Shown here piece after piece: positions 27,821-36,407 of a stretch of DNA of 64,000 nt. Numbering within the stretch: the stretch's first letter is position 1; every line of letters starts with the position of its first letter. The DNA comes from an uncultured delta proteobacterium. GTDB taxonomy: Bacteria; Myxococcota_A; Polyangia; Polyangiales; Houyiibacteriaceae. The translations under genes and the position numbers were made by a program. Location: the NCBI GenBank assembly GCA_963768985.1, contig CAVYJZ010000001.1, positions 87,002 through 151,001 of the forward strand, read 5' to 3'. The notes beneath the pieces were generated by a model. That model was not told where the DNA came from, did no database searches, and worked only from the letters and a program-made list of their open reading frames with translations.

Positions 27821-28215
27821 GGTCCGTCTTCAGAAACACTGAGAACGTACGCGACGACATCCCATTTCTCTTCTTCGCTCAAGGTGGGCCAAGCCGGCAT
27901 GGACGTGCCGCGCACTCCCTCGCTCAACACTCTGAAAACGCTCCGAGGACTCGCATTCGCGCGCCATTCGGAGCTCTGGAAATTTGCCGGCGGCCCCGAC
28001 AAGCCTTGCCTGCGAACGCCGTGCCCGTCTGCACGGACACCGTGACAAAGAACGCATTTGGCCTGGAAGATCGCCCGGCCACGCGCGCGAGCTTCGTCGG
28101 ACGCAAGACGTTGGACCGGCACTTCGATCTTACTGTAGTCGACCGACGTTCGATCGCCCTGGGCGCTACACGCCGAGAGTGCGAGCGAGGTGATCAGTGC
28201 TCCGATTGGTTTCAT
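27817..28215 (-). CDS. Monohaem class-I c-type cytochrome, lipoprotein or secreted, embedded between hupD and hypF
   Basis: Signal/lipobox 'ALITSLALSAC', haem motif 'CVLCHG', and distal 'TSMPAW'. Its stop overlaps the hypF start codon. Confidence 0.75.
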   Translation of the reverse strand: MKPIGALITSLALSACSAQGDRTSVDYSKIEVPVQRLASDEARARGRAIFQAKCVLCHGVRADGHGVRRQGLSGPPANFQSSEWRANASPRSVFRVLSEGVRGTSMPAWPTLSEEEKWDVVAYVLSVSEDGP

Positions 28216-28711
28216 CGCGAGATTCCGAACGAACCGGTGGGTACCCCATCTCGGTGAGCTCCGCCACGACGCGCTCGACGAGCTCGGGGATGCTCGCCTC
28301 CACTGCAGGTGTGCGCTCGACCCCGAGCTCGATCGACGCGGGAACGACGCCGATCACCACGACACGGTCGGGATACCGGTCGAGCAGGTTGGCCCCTGCA
28401 AGGATGTCGGCGACCCCGATTTGATGAGGAGAAAGCCTCTCGTAGACCGCGGGACCGACCTCGTCGCCCTCGATCCGGACCTGGGTGCCTGGCGGCCCAT
28501 CGGCCTTGATCGCATCGACCAAGATCACCTGCTCCGCGCTGTCGACCAGTGGAAGCAGAGACAGCCCGAGCGTGCCGCCGTCGAGCGCAAGCACGCCTTC
28601 GGGAAGGTCGTACTCGCGCAGCAGCCTGTGAATCGCGACGATTCCGGCACCGTCGTCCGTGCACACGACATTGCCGAGGCCGAGGACGAGGACCGGCGTG
28701 CGGTCATTCAT
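28166..28711 (-). CDS. hupD: Hydrogenase maturation endopeptidase (HyaD/HupD family)
   Basis: 'VLVLGLGNVVCTDDGAG', 'VILVDA', 'SPHQIG'. ATG at 28711. Confidence 0.88.
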   Translation of the reverse strand: MNDRTPVLVLGLGNVVCTDDGAGIVAIHRLLREYDLPEGVLALDGGTLGLSLLPLVDSAEQVILVDAIKADGPPGTQVRIEGDEVGPAVYERLSPHQIGVADILAGANLLDRYPDRVVVIGVVPASIELGVERTPAVEASIPELVERVVAELTEMGYPPVRSESRDETNRSTDHLARTLGV

Positions 28712-29444
28712 CTCGGTTGCGCCAGCTCTTCGGCAAGAACTTGTACCCGCTGAACATCGAGTCGATGAGACCGACGCCTTCGACTCGCGACACCAGGATC
28801 GCACTCCAAATGTGGTGAGCAAAGAAGCCCATCAGGAACCACATCGCGATGTGGTGGATCCAGCGTGCTGTCTGCACGCCACCAAAGATGGGGACGAGGA
28901 ATTCCCACATCCGCATGTAGCCCGTCGCGCTGGTCGAATAGAGCGCAAGACCCGTCAGGATCATCGCGAGGTATAGCGCGAACACAGCCAAATAGGTCGT
29001 GCCGGCCAAGGGATTGTGCCCCACGTTGAGGGGCGGCTTCTTGTTGATGAAGAGGTAGAACTTGAGCATTCGGAAAACGTCGCCGCGCCGACGCCGGCCT
29101 ACCGGCACGAATTGGTGCCAGCGGGCGTAATAGCTGCCGACGAACATCCAGGCGATGCGCGTCGCGACGGCCAGCGTGAAGATGATCGCAGCGTAGAAGT
29201 GCACGGTTTTCATCGTCGCCATCACGAACTGCTCGTTCGCGGGTCCTGCAGGGATCATGTATGGTTTGCCGATGTAGATCCCCGTGATCACGAGGACGAA
29301 CATCGCGAGCATGATGACCCAGTGGCTGAGCCGCACCACCAGGTCCCAGACGTAGACTCGCTCGATACCCTCCCGGTCGCTAGGGCGAGGGCTCACCTTG
29401 GGGCGAGCCCCCCCTTTCGCAATCGTCGCTGTTGGGGGAGTCAT
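28704..29444 (-). CDS. hupC: Ni/Fe-hydrogenase b-type cytochrome subunit
   Basis: 'VWDLVVRLSHWVIMLAMFVLVITGIYIGKP', 'VGHNPLAG', 'IHHIAMWFLMGFFAHHIW'. This parallels E. coli HyaC. The ATGA overlaps the hupL stop. Confidence 0.87.
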   Translation of the reverse strand: MTPPTATIAKGGARPKVSPRPSDREGIERVYVWDLVVRLSHWVIMLAMFVLVITGIYIGKPYMIPAGPANEQFVMATMKTVHFYAAIIFTLAVATRIAWMFVGSYYARWHQFVPVGRRRRGDVFRMLKFYLFINKKPPLNVGHNPLAGTTYLAVFALYLAMILTGLALYSTSATGYMRMWEFLVPIFGGVQTARWIHHIAMWFLMGFFAHHIWSAILVSRVEGVGLIDSMFSGYKFLPKSWRNRDE

Positions 29445-31147
29445 CGCACCTTCACGCGAGTGACCTCGCGTCCTCCAGGCTCGACGACATGCACGCCGCA
29501 AGCCATGCACGGATCGAAGGAATGAACCGTCCTCAGGATCTCGATCGGCTGCTCCGGGTCGGCTACTGGGGTTCCGACCAAGGCTGCCTCGTAAGGACCG
29601 GGCACATCGCCCGAGTCGCGCGGTCCCGCGTTCCAGGTGCTCGGCACCACGCATTGATACCGGGCGATCTTGGCGTCTTTTACGTGAACCCAGTGCCCGA
29701 GCGAGCCGCGTGGCGCCTCGTGGAAGCCAGCTCCCATGCAGTCGGCCGGCCAGCTCTCGGGTTCCCACTTGCTGTTGTCGTGGATGCGCAGCTCGCCCTT
29801 GCCCATGTTATCGGCCAGCTCGTCGACCCAGTCGCCGATCTTGTCGACCAGAATCTGGGTTTCAATGCCCCGCGCCGCGACTCGACCGAGCGTCGAGAAC
29901 AACGCTGCAGGTCCAACGTCCAGCGTCTTGAGAACGTGGTTGACCAGGCCTTGGACCTTCTCGTGCCCGCTGACGTAAGAGACCAACATCCGAGCCAAGG
30001 GTCCGACTTCCATCGGAACCCCACCGTAGCGAGGAGATTTCAACCAGGAGTACTTCTCCGAAGTGTTCAAGCGTTCGAAGGGTGGTTCCGGGCCCGTATA
30101 GTTCGGTTTGGTCTCGCCCTCGGACGGATGAAGCGCTTTGTCGTTTCCCCCCTCGTAGTCGTACCAGGAGTGAGTGATTTGCTCGGTGATCTTCGAGGGA
30201 TCGAACTCTTCCACCTTCGAGATGTCTTGAGCGCGAATGATGCCGGGCGGAATGAAGAGCTCGGGTTTCTCCTCGTCGTCCAGCGGGTACTCGCCGTACA
30301 CCATGTAGTTGCCGACGCCGGCGCCGTAGCTTGCCCAGTCCTTGTAGAACGAGGCCACCGCGAGCAGGTCCGGGATGTACACTTTGCTCACGAACTCTTG
30401 AGCGCCTGCGATGAGCTTCTTGAACTCCGCGATGGTTTGGATGTTGAGTGAGGCCTGACGGTTCAGGTCGACCGGAGTGGCCATGCCGCCCACCAAGAAG
30501 CTCTGGAGGTGAGGGTTCTTGCCGCCGAGAATGGCGTGCATCTTGATGAACTCGCGCTGCCAGTCGAGCGCCTCGAGGTAGTGCGCCACCGCCATGAGAT
30601 TGGCTGCCGGCGGAAGCTTGTAGGCCGGATGCCCCCAGTACGCGTTGGCAAACGGTCCGAGCTGCCCTCGGTCGACCAGGCCTTTGACGCGGTCTTGAAT
30701 GCCCTTGAAATAGGTCGCGCTCGACTTGCCCCAGTCCGAAATCGATTGCGCAAGCGCGGCCGTCTCTTTTGGATCGGCTCCGAGGGCCGAAACGATGTCG
30801 ACCCAGTCGAGCGCGTGCAGGTGGTAAAAGTGGATCACGTGGTCCTGGATGCACTGCGAGGCGATGATCAGATTGCGCAGGATGCGCGCATTGGGTGGTG
30901 GCTTTGCGCCGATCGCGTTCTCGACAGCGCGAATCGAAGCGATCGCGTGCACCGTTGTGCACACGCCGCAGATGCGTTGCGTGAACGCCCAGGCGTCGCG
31001 CGGGTCGCGGCCCTGCAAGATGATCTCGATTCCGCGGAACATGGTCGAGGAAGACCAAGCGTTTGCGACTTTGCCTCCGTCGACTTCCGCCTCGATGCGT
31101 AGGTGGCCTTCGATGCGGGTCACCGGATCGACAACGATATGGGTCAT
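29441..31147 (-). CDS. hupL: [NiFe] uptake hydrogenase large subunit (group 1-like)
   Basis: 'DPVTRIEGHLRIE', L1 'QRICGVCTTVH', L2 'DPCMACGVH', followed by a 15-aa cleavable extension. Confidence 0.97.
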   Translation of the reverse strand: MTHIVVDPVTRIEGHLRIEAEVDGGKVANAWSSSTMFRGIEIILQGRDPRDAWAFTQRICGVCTTVHAIASIRAVENAIGAKPPPNARILRNLIIASQCIQDHVIHFYHLHALDWVDIVSALGADPKETAALAQSISDWGKSSATYFKGIQDRVKGLVDRGQLGPFANAYWGHPAYKLPPAANLMAVAHYLEALDWQREFIKMHAILGGKNPHLQSFLVGGMATPVDLNRQASLNIQTIAEFKKLIAGAQEFVSKVYIPDLLAVASFYKDWASYGAGVGNYMVYGEYPLDDEEKPELFIPPGIIRAQDISKVEEFDPSKITEQITHSWYDYEGGNDKALHPSEGETKPNYTGPEPPFERLNTSEKYSWLKSPRYGGVPMEVGPLARMLVSYVSGHEKVQGLVNHVLKTLDVGPAALFSTLGRVAARGIETQILVDKIGDWVDELADNMGKGELRIHDNSKWEPESWPADCMGAGFHEAPRGSLGHWVHVKDAKIARYQCVVPSTWNAGPRDSGDVPGPYEAALVGTPVADPEQPIEILRTVHSFDPCMACGVHVVEPGGREVTRVKVR

Positions 31148-32301
31148 CCTTCGCCTCCTTCATCGGTCCGCGCCGGCGGCCCGTCTGGTGCATGTTCCGC
31201 GCCCGTTCCAACGAGCTTCTTTCCGAGATGTACGAGGGTGTGACCGGCAAACGCGCTGGTCACACCGATGGTCGCCCAGAAGCCGACCTTGTCGATGTCC
31301 GAGCCCGTGCCGAACCCTGGGAAGCCGGGCAGGTGCGCATAGAACGGCGTCATCTTGTCCCAGAAGTCCGGTTCCGCGCATCCGATGCATCCGTGCCCGC
31401 AACCCACCGGCCAGTTGGTGTTGTCGTTCCAGCCGATGTTGGGGCAGTTCTGGAATGAGACCGGCCCCTTGCAGCCCATCTTGTATAGGCAGTGACCGTC
31501 GCGATGCGCCTCGTCACCCCACATCTCGACGTACTGTCCGGCGTCGTAGTGGGCGCGCCGCTCGCAGTTGTCGTGGATCGACTTTCCATATGCGAAAAGC
31601 GGGCGATTCAGCTTATCGAGAGCGGGAAACCTTCCGTAGGTCAGGAAGTAGACCAGCGTTCCGGTGAGGTTCTGCGCATTCACGGGACACGCCGAAAGAT
31701 TGATCAGCGTCTTGATTCCGGGGACTGCGTCGGAAACACCGAGTGCCCCGGTTGGATTGGGCGAAGCCGCGGGGATTCCGCCGAACGAAGCGCAGGTGCC
31801 GACGGCGACCGTCGCCAGAGCGTTGCCGCAGACCTCATTGGCGATTTGAAGCGCCGACCTGCCACCAACAGTCATGTACGCACCGTTCGCGCCGGTCGGA
31901 ATCGAACCCTCGATGACCGCGATGTATGCGCCCTTCTGGTTCTCGACGACGGAGCGAAGATTCGCTTCAGCTTGGTGTCCGGCCGCGGCCATGATCACTT
32001 CATGATAGTCGATCGAGATGAGATCGAGGATCACCTCTGCTGCGCTTGGTTTGCTCGCGCGGAGAAATGATTCTGTGTTGCCCGCACAATCTTGGAAGTT
32101 GAGCCACACCAACGTCGGCTTGGGCTTATTCTCGAGCGCATCGGCGATCATTGCAGTCGCGCCGCTGGGCAAGCCAAACATCACCGCCATCGCGGAACAG
32201 AACCCCATGAACTCGCGTCGTGATACTCCGCGCGCTTCCAGCTCACGGCGGAAGTCGTTTCCCGGTTCATCCATCGCATCCTCCTCGCTGTTCGAAAGCA
32301 A
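31144..32301 (-). CDS. hupS: [NiFe] uptake hydrogenase small subunit with Tat leader and C-terminal TM anchor
   Basis: Tat motif 'SRREFM' and mature N-terminus 'LENKPKPTLVW'. FeS ligand motifs 'GTCASFGG', 'IHDNC', 'CLYKMGCKGP', 'CIGC'. The start is ATG at 32301 or 32274. Confidence 0.95.
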   Translation of the reverse strand: MLSNSEEDAMDEPGNDFRRELEARGVSRREFMGFCSAMAVMFGLPSGATAMIADALENKPKPTLVWLNFQDCAGNTESFLRASKPSAAEVILDLISIDYHEVIMAAAGHQAEANLRSVVENQKGAYIAVIEGSIPTGANGAYMTVGGRSALQIANEVCGNALATVAVGTCASFGGIPAASPNPTGALGVSDAVPGIKTLINLSACPVNAQNLTGTLVYFLTYGRFPALDKLNRPLFAYGKSIHDNCERRAHYDAGQYVEMWGDEAHRDGHCLYKMGCKGPVSFQNCPNIGWNDNTNWPVGCGHGCIGCAEPDFWDKMTPFYAHLPGFPGFGTGSDIDKVGFWATIGVTSAFAGHTLVHLGKKLVGTGAEHAPDGPPARTDEGGEG

Positions 32302-32370
32302 AGGCGGCGGCAGTCTTCGGTCAGCCGCCCGGTCAAACGGACTCTACCTCCCCAAAAGCTAGAAAAACAA

Positions 32371-32393
32371 GGTTCTCACGGCTCTTGAGAACC
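32371..32393. promoter_or_regulatory. Inverted repeat GGTTCTCA-N7-TGAGAACC in the hupS/gdh divergent intergenic region
   Basis: Perfect 8-bp arms at 32371-32378 and 32386-32393, with A-rich flanks that extend the symmetry imperfectly. It lies about 70 nt upstream of hupS. Confidence 0.3.
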
Positions 32394-32492
32394 GTTTTCT
32401 ACAACGTGCGCGCTTCTTTCGCGCTCCGGACTCGATACGCAAGATTTGCGCCGATCTTGGTGCCGCCGGAGTGCTCGGCTAGGATTCGAAGG

Positions 32493-33764
32493 ATGTCCGC
32501 CGGATCTGAAGAGTTCCCATTTTTCAAGGTTGTCCAGGGCTACCTCGAGCAAGCCGCGGAGCTGACAGGACTTCCCATTCACGTGAAGGACATCCTCTCC
32601 CAACCCAAGAACGAGCTCATCTTGCATTTCCCGGTTCGGATGGACAGCGGAGAGACACGTCTGTTCAAGGGCTACCGGGTTCAGCACAACAACGTGATGG
32701 GTCCGTACAAGGGTGGCATGCGGTATCACGAGCAAGTCAGCTTGGACGAGCTCAAAGCGCTTGCGACGCAGATGACCTGGAAATGTGCTCTGCTCGGTGT
32801 CCCTTTCGGCGGGGGCAAGGGTGGGATCAAGTTCAAGCCCCGGGATCACTCGGTGGACGAGCTGCGGCGGATTACCCGGCGCTTCACGCACGCGCTCGGA
32901 AACAACATCGGCCCTTCACACGACATTCCGGCGCCAGACATGGGGACCAATTCCCAAACCATGGTCTGGATGATGGACACGTACATCAACACCGGTCCGA
33001 CGTACGAGAAGAACGACCAGCGCGCTGTCGTGACCGGAAAGACCATCACATCGGGGGGCTCCGAAGGGCGTGAGGCCGCGACGGGTCAGGGCGTGGTGCA
33101 CTGCATCAAACAGTGGGCGAGGGAGAACCGCTTCGAGCTCGAAGGGGCCACCGCGATCGTCCAAGGTTTTGGCAACGTCGGTTCCAACACCGCGGTTTTG
33201 CTCGGCAAGCTCGGCGTATCGACGATCGCGACCGGGGATCACACGGGCTACCTACGCAACGACGAAGGCTTCAACGCCCACAAGCTTCAGGAGTACGTCC
33301 GCGCCAATGGATCGATCGACGGCTATCCCCGTGGAGACAAGATCTCGCGGGACGAGTTCTTCGCAACCAAGGCGGACCTCTTCATTCCTGCGGCCCTGCA
33401 GAACCAGGTCGGTGAGAAGGAGGCGATGAAGCTCAACGTGCGGCTCGTCGCGGAGGGTGCCAACGGACCCATCAACCCGGAAGGCGAGGCGGTCCTCGCC
33501 GATCGCGGCATTCCGGTGATTCCGGACATCTTGGCGAACTCGGGTGGCGTAACGGTCAGCTACTTCGAGTGGGTGCAGAACCGGAACAGCGAGCATTGGG
33601 ACATTGAAGAAGTGCACCGGCGACTGCTGCACATGATGCGCCGCGCCTACCAACGCACGATGTTCTACGCGACGGAAAAGAAGGTCAATCCGCGCATCGC
33701 GGCGTATGCGTTGGCTCTCCAAAGCCTCGCTACCGCGTACGAGGAGCGCGGTATTTTTCCCTAA
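32493..33764 (+). CDS. Glutamate dehydrogenase (Glu/Leu/Phe/Val dehydrogenase family)
   Basis: 'GPYKGGMRYH', 'VPFGGGKGGI', 'QGFGNVGS'. ATG at 32493. The upstream part of the ORF is rejected. Confidence 0.93.
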   Translation: MSAGSEEFPFFKVVQGYLEQAAELTGLPIHVKDILSQPKNELILHFPVRMDSGETRLFKGYRVQHNNVMGPYKGGMRYHEQVSLDELKALATQMTWKCALLGVPFGGGKGGIKFKPRDHSVDELRRITRRFTHALGNNIGPSHDIPAPDMGTNSQTMVWMMDTYINTGPTYEKNDQRAVVTGKTITSGGSEGREAATGQGVVHCIKQWARENRFELEGATAIVQGFGNVGSNTAVLLGKLGVSTIATGDHTGYLRNDEGFNAHKLQEYVRANGSIDGYPRGDKISRDEFFATKADLFIPAALQNQVGEKEAMKLNVRLVAEGANGPINPEGEAVLADRGIPVIPDILANSGGVTVSYFEWVQNRNSEHWDIEEVHRRLLHMMRRAYQRTMFYATEKKVNPRIAAYALALQSLATAYEERGIFP

Positions 33765-33823
33765 ATTATCTGGAAAATCTGGACGGCGAACGGGGCACCA
33801 TAGGCCTGCAAACACCTTGACAA

Positions 33824-34768
33824 TTGTCGCCCGCAGAAGCACTTGCAAGAGTCATGGTCGCACAGGCGGTGTTCGAAGGAGCCATTCCGGCCGAGGGTGT
33901 CCGGGACTTGCTCGGCGGTCTCGAAGAGGTTGGCACCACCGGTGTGCTTGCCTTTCAAAGTACCTCCGGATCCGGCTCGATTCGCCTTGTGCACGGCCAG
34001 GTCGCGGACCTGGACTCCATGGCCGACCAAGAGCGTGCGTTGGAGGTACTGCTCTCATTGCGTGAGGGCGCGTTCGCCGTTTATCCGAAGCTCCCGCATC
34101 TTCCCGTATCGCGCGGCACCGACACCACGAGGCGCGGGTCACTCGCGGTGCATCCCCCCGCCGATTTGATGCGCTATTGTGAGAACGCGGGCCTGACCGG
34201 GCGGCTTCTGCTCGAGCACCGCGGACGGCTGGCCATCGGATACTACGAGAAGGGCGAGCTCGACGACGTCAGCATAGACGGGGGGACGGCAGCCGACTTC
34301 GTCCGCGCGCTGGAGTGGACCGAGGGCACGTTCCGGGTCGATGCCGTGCCGCCGCCACGGGAGACCTTGCCGCCTGCGCTCCGCGACAAGGCCTCCCAGG
34401 CCCCTCCCAAAAACCCCACCGCGCTTCCCCTCGTGCAGGCATTCGAGGAAGGTCTCGCTGCGCTGGGCCGAGTCGACCAGACACCGGTTTCCGGGCTCCG
34501 TCCGCGCATGGAGGACCGCGACGACGACGCCACGATCCGTGTCATTCGCCGGCCCGCCGAGCGGGATCTAGACGAGCCGCGCGAGCTCTGGGACGCTCTC
34601 GACTATTCTCCCTCGTTCACGACGGAATCTGCTACAACTATCGGCGTGAAAGCGAAAGATGACGGCAAGGCGATCGGTGCATGGCGTACGCTCGGATGGG
34701 TGGCTGCAGTCTTCGTAGTCGTGGCTGGATGCCTTTGGCTTCTCGCATCGCTCCCGCCACTAGAGTAG
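33824..34768 (+). CDS. Hypothetical protein with two DUF4388/PATAN-like modules and a C-terminal TM anchor
   Basis: 'VRDLLGGLEEVGTTGVLAF...IRLVHGQV' and 'LMRYCENAGLTGRLLLE...IGYYEKGEL'. TM segment 'LGWVAAVFVVVAGCLWLLA'. The domain call is from pattern memory only. Confidence 0.5.
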   Translation: MSPAEALARVMVAQAVFEGAIPAEGVRDLLGGLEEVGTTGVLAFQSTSGSGSIRLVHGQVADLDSMADQERALEVLLSLREGAFAVYPKLPHLPVSRGTDTTRRGSLAVHPPADLMRYCENAGLTGRLLLEHRGRLAIGYYEKGELDDVSIDGGTAADFVRALEWTEGTFRVDAVPPPRETLPPALRDKASQAPPKNPTALPLVQAFEEGLAALGRVDQTPVSGLRPRMEDRDDDATIRVIRRPAERDLDEPRELWDALDYSPSFTTESATTIGVKAKDDGKAIGAWRTLGWVAAVFVVVAGCLWLLASLPPLE

Positions 34769-34778
34769 TCTGCCCGTC

Positions 34779-36407
34779 GTGGGCCCGCGCGTGCGACCGA
34801 GACGCTGGCTTTCGAGCCTGATTGCCGTCCTGATCGTCCACTGGCTGGCGGTGTATCCTGCGATTGCAGGTGCAGAGGATTCCGATCCGAAAGGCAAGCC
34901 AGACCACCCGGGCGACGTCGTCGCCGATCCTGGGCACGATGAGGAATCGGCTGAATCCCTACAGGGAGGCGAGCTTCGTGATCCGTATGGGGTCGTCCGC
35001 GAAGGAGGCCATGCGGAACAAGTCTTCTCGCAGGTTCGCTACGTGCTCGAGGGCATCGTTGTCACCGGCAACAAACGAACGAAGGCCTACACGGTTCGCA
35101 AATTCATTCCGCTGAAGCAAGGAGACTTTCTCGATCCCGAGTCGCCGGAGCTCGTAGCCACGGAGTGGCGCTTGATGGGCACGGGCTGGTTCGACAGTGT
35201 CAACCTCCATCTCGAACGCGGCGCCGAACGCGGCTACGTGGTGCTGGTGGTCGACGTCAAAGAACGGAACACCATCGTCATTGAAAACCTCATTGCGGGT
35301 ATGTCCGAAGGTCTCGGCGACACGACCGATACCGGTCGGACGCTCTTCCCGTGGTTCGGTTTCAAGCTCACCGAAACCAACCTCGGTGGTCGGGGTATCC
35401 AGCTCTCGGGCACCGCGCTGGGCAGCGAGTTCCAGCAGGGCGGACGCGTGGATCTCCAGTATCCGAAGCTGATCAAGGGTGAGTACGCGCTTCGGTTCGC
35501 GACGTACTTTCTAAACGGCAGGGAGTTTTACGGTCACAGCCCCTTGGTCAGCGTGCCCTGCGGGATGCCTACCTGTCCGGGCACGTCGATCGTCGCGAAC
35601 GCGGTCGTTCGCTATCGACGCGGTGGCGTCGTAGTCGGTACGGGGAAAGATTTCACGACCAAGCTCCGTTACAGCCTGGACTGGATCGGCGAGGTCGTGA
35701 GTGTTCTAGACCGACCAGAAGCGGCCAGTGAGGTGCGCGGTAACGACATCGCACCGATCGACTTCGCCATCGAAGACGGAAAGAGCTTCGTGTCGTCGCT
35801 ACAGTTCGCCTTGGTTTTCGACAAGCGGGACGATCCAGGCATCACCACGGAGGGGGTGCTGTTTCGTGGCGTGATCACCGCGGGCACTCGATTCCTCGGC
35901 AGCGATTACGATTTCCTTTGGCTCCAAGCGACCGTGCGAAGGTGGTGGCGCCTTCCTTGGAATCATACGATTCGACTTGGAGCATTTGGCGGCGCCGCGC
36001 TTGGCAACACGCCGTTCTTCTACCTCTTCCACGTCTCCGATCTCACGGACTTGGTTCCATCCCGGTTCCTCGAGATGCAGCTCGACGCGCGTCCGCCGCC
36101 GAATCTCCTCGGCACATCGATCGAGAACAACTACCTCGGCCAGCTCGCATGGAGGCTCGACGTCAGCTACGACATCCCAGTCTACGAACGTCAGCGCGAT
36201 CGCGGTGTCCGCCAGCTCAACTTCTATAGCTTGATCGGCCTCTACGGGCTCGCGAACCTTCGCGATCCGAGGGCCGGAGTGAGCGGATACTCTGGATTTT
36301 CGCGCTTTCCAATCGACCTGACCTTCGACTTTGGCTTCCGCCTCGACACGCGAGTCGGCGTTTTCCAGATCGGTTTCTCGACGCTGGTGGGGTTCGTTCG
36401 GCTTTGA
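34779..36407 (+). CDS. Omp85/BamA-family outer-membrane protein with a single recognisable POTRA
   Basis: Signal peptide. POTRA-like 'VRYVLEGIVVTGNKRTKAYTVRKFIPLKQGDFLD...WFDSVNLHLE...VVLVVDVKERNT', then a long beta-barrel region. Confidence 0.72.
   Translation: MGPRVRPRRWLSSLIAVLIVHWLAVYPAIAGAEDSDPKGKPDHPGDVVADPGHDEESAESLQGGELRDPYGVVREGGHAEQVFSQVRYVLEGIVVTGNKRTKAYTVRKFIPLKQGDFLDPESPELVATEWRLMGTGWFDSVNLHLERGAERGYVVLVVDVKERNTIVIENLIAGMSEGLGDTTDTGRTLFPWFGFKLTETNLGGRGIQLSGTALGSEFQQGGRVDLQYPKLIKGEYALRFATYFLNGREFYGHSPLVSVPCGMPTCPGTSIVANAVVRYRRGGVVVGTGKDFTTKLRYSLDWIGEVVSVLDRPEAASEVRGNDIAPIDFAIEDGKSFVSSLQFALVFDKRDDPGITTEGVLFRGVITAGTRFLGSDYDFLWLQATVRRWWRLPWNHTIRLGAFGGAALGNTPFFYLFHVSDLTDLVPSRFLEMQLDARPPPNLLGTSIENNYLGQLAWRLDVSYDIPVYERQRDRGVRQLNFYSLIGLYGLANLRDPRAGVSGYSGFSRFPIDLTFDFGFRLDTRVGVFQIGFSTLVGFVRL

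Noticed and set aside
29432-31250. ORFs 29432..30451 (+) and 29862..31250 (-, 462 aa) overlapping hupL.
   Set aside because: The hupL frame carries all [NiFe] large-subunit signatures. The others are Arg/Gly/Pro-rich shadow frames.
32298-32322. A possible sigma-54 promoter for hupS (reverse complement TGCCGC-N5-TTGC).
   Set aside because: It matches only 4 of 6 positions of the -24 element (GG not conserved). It also overlaps the possible hupS start at 32301. That is too weak to report.
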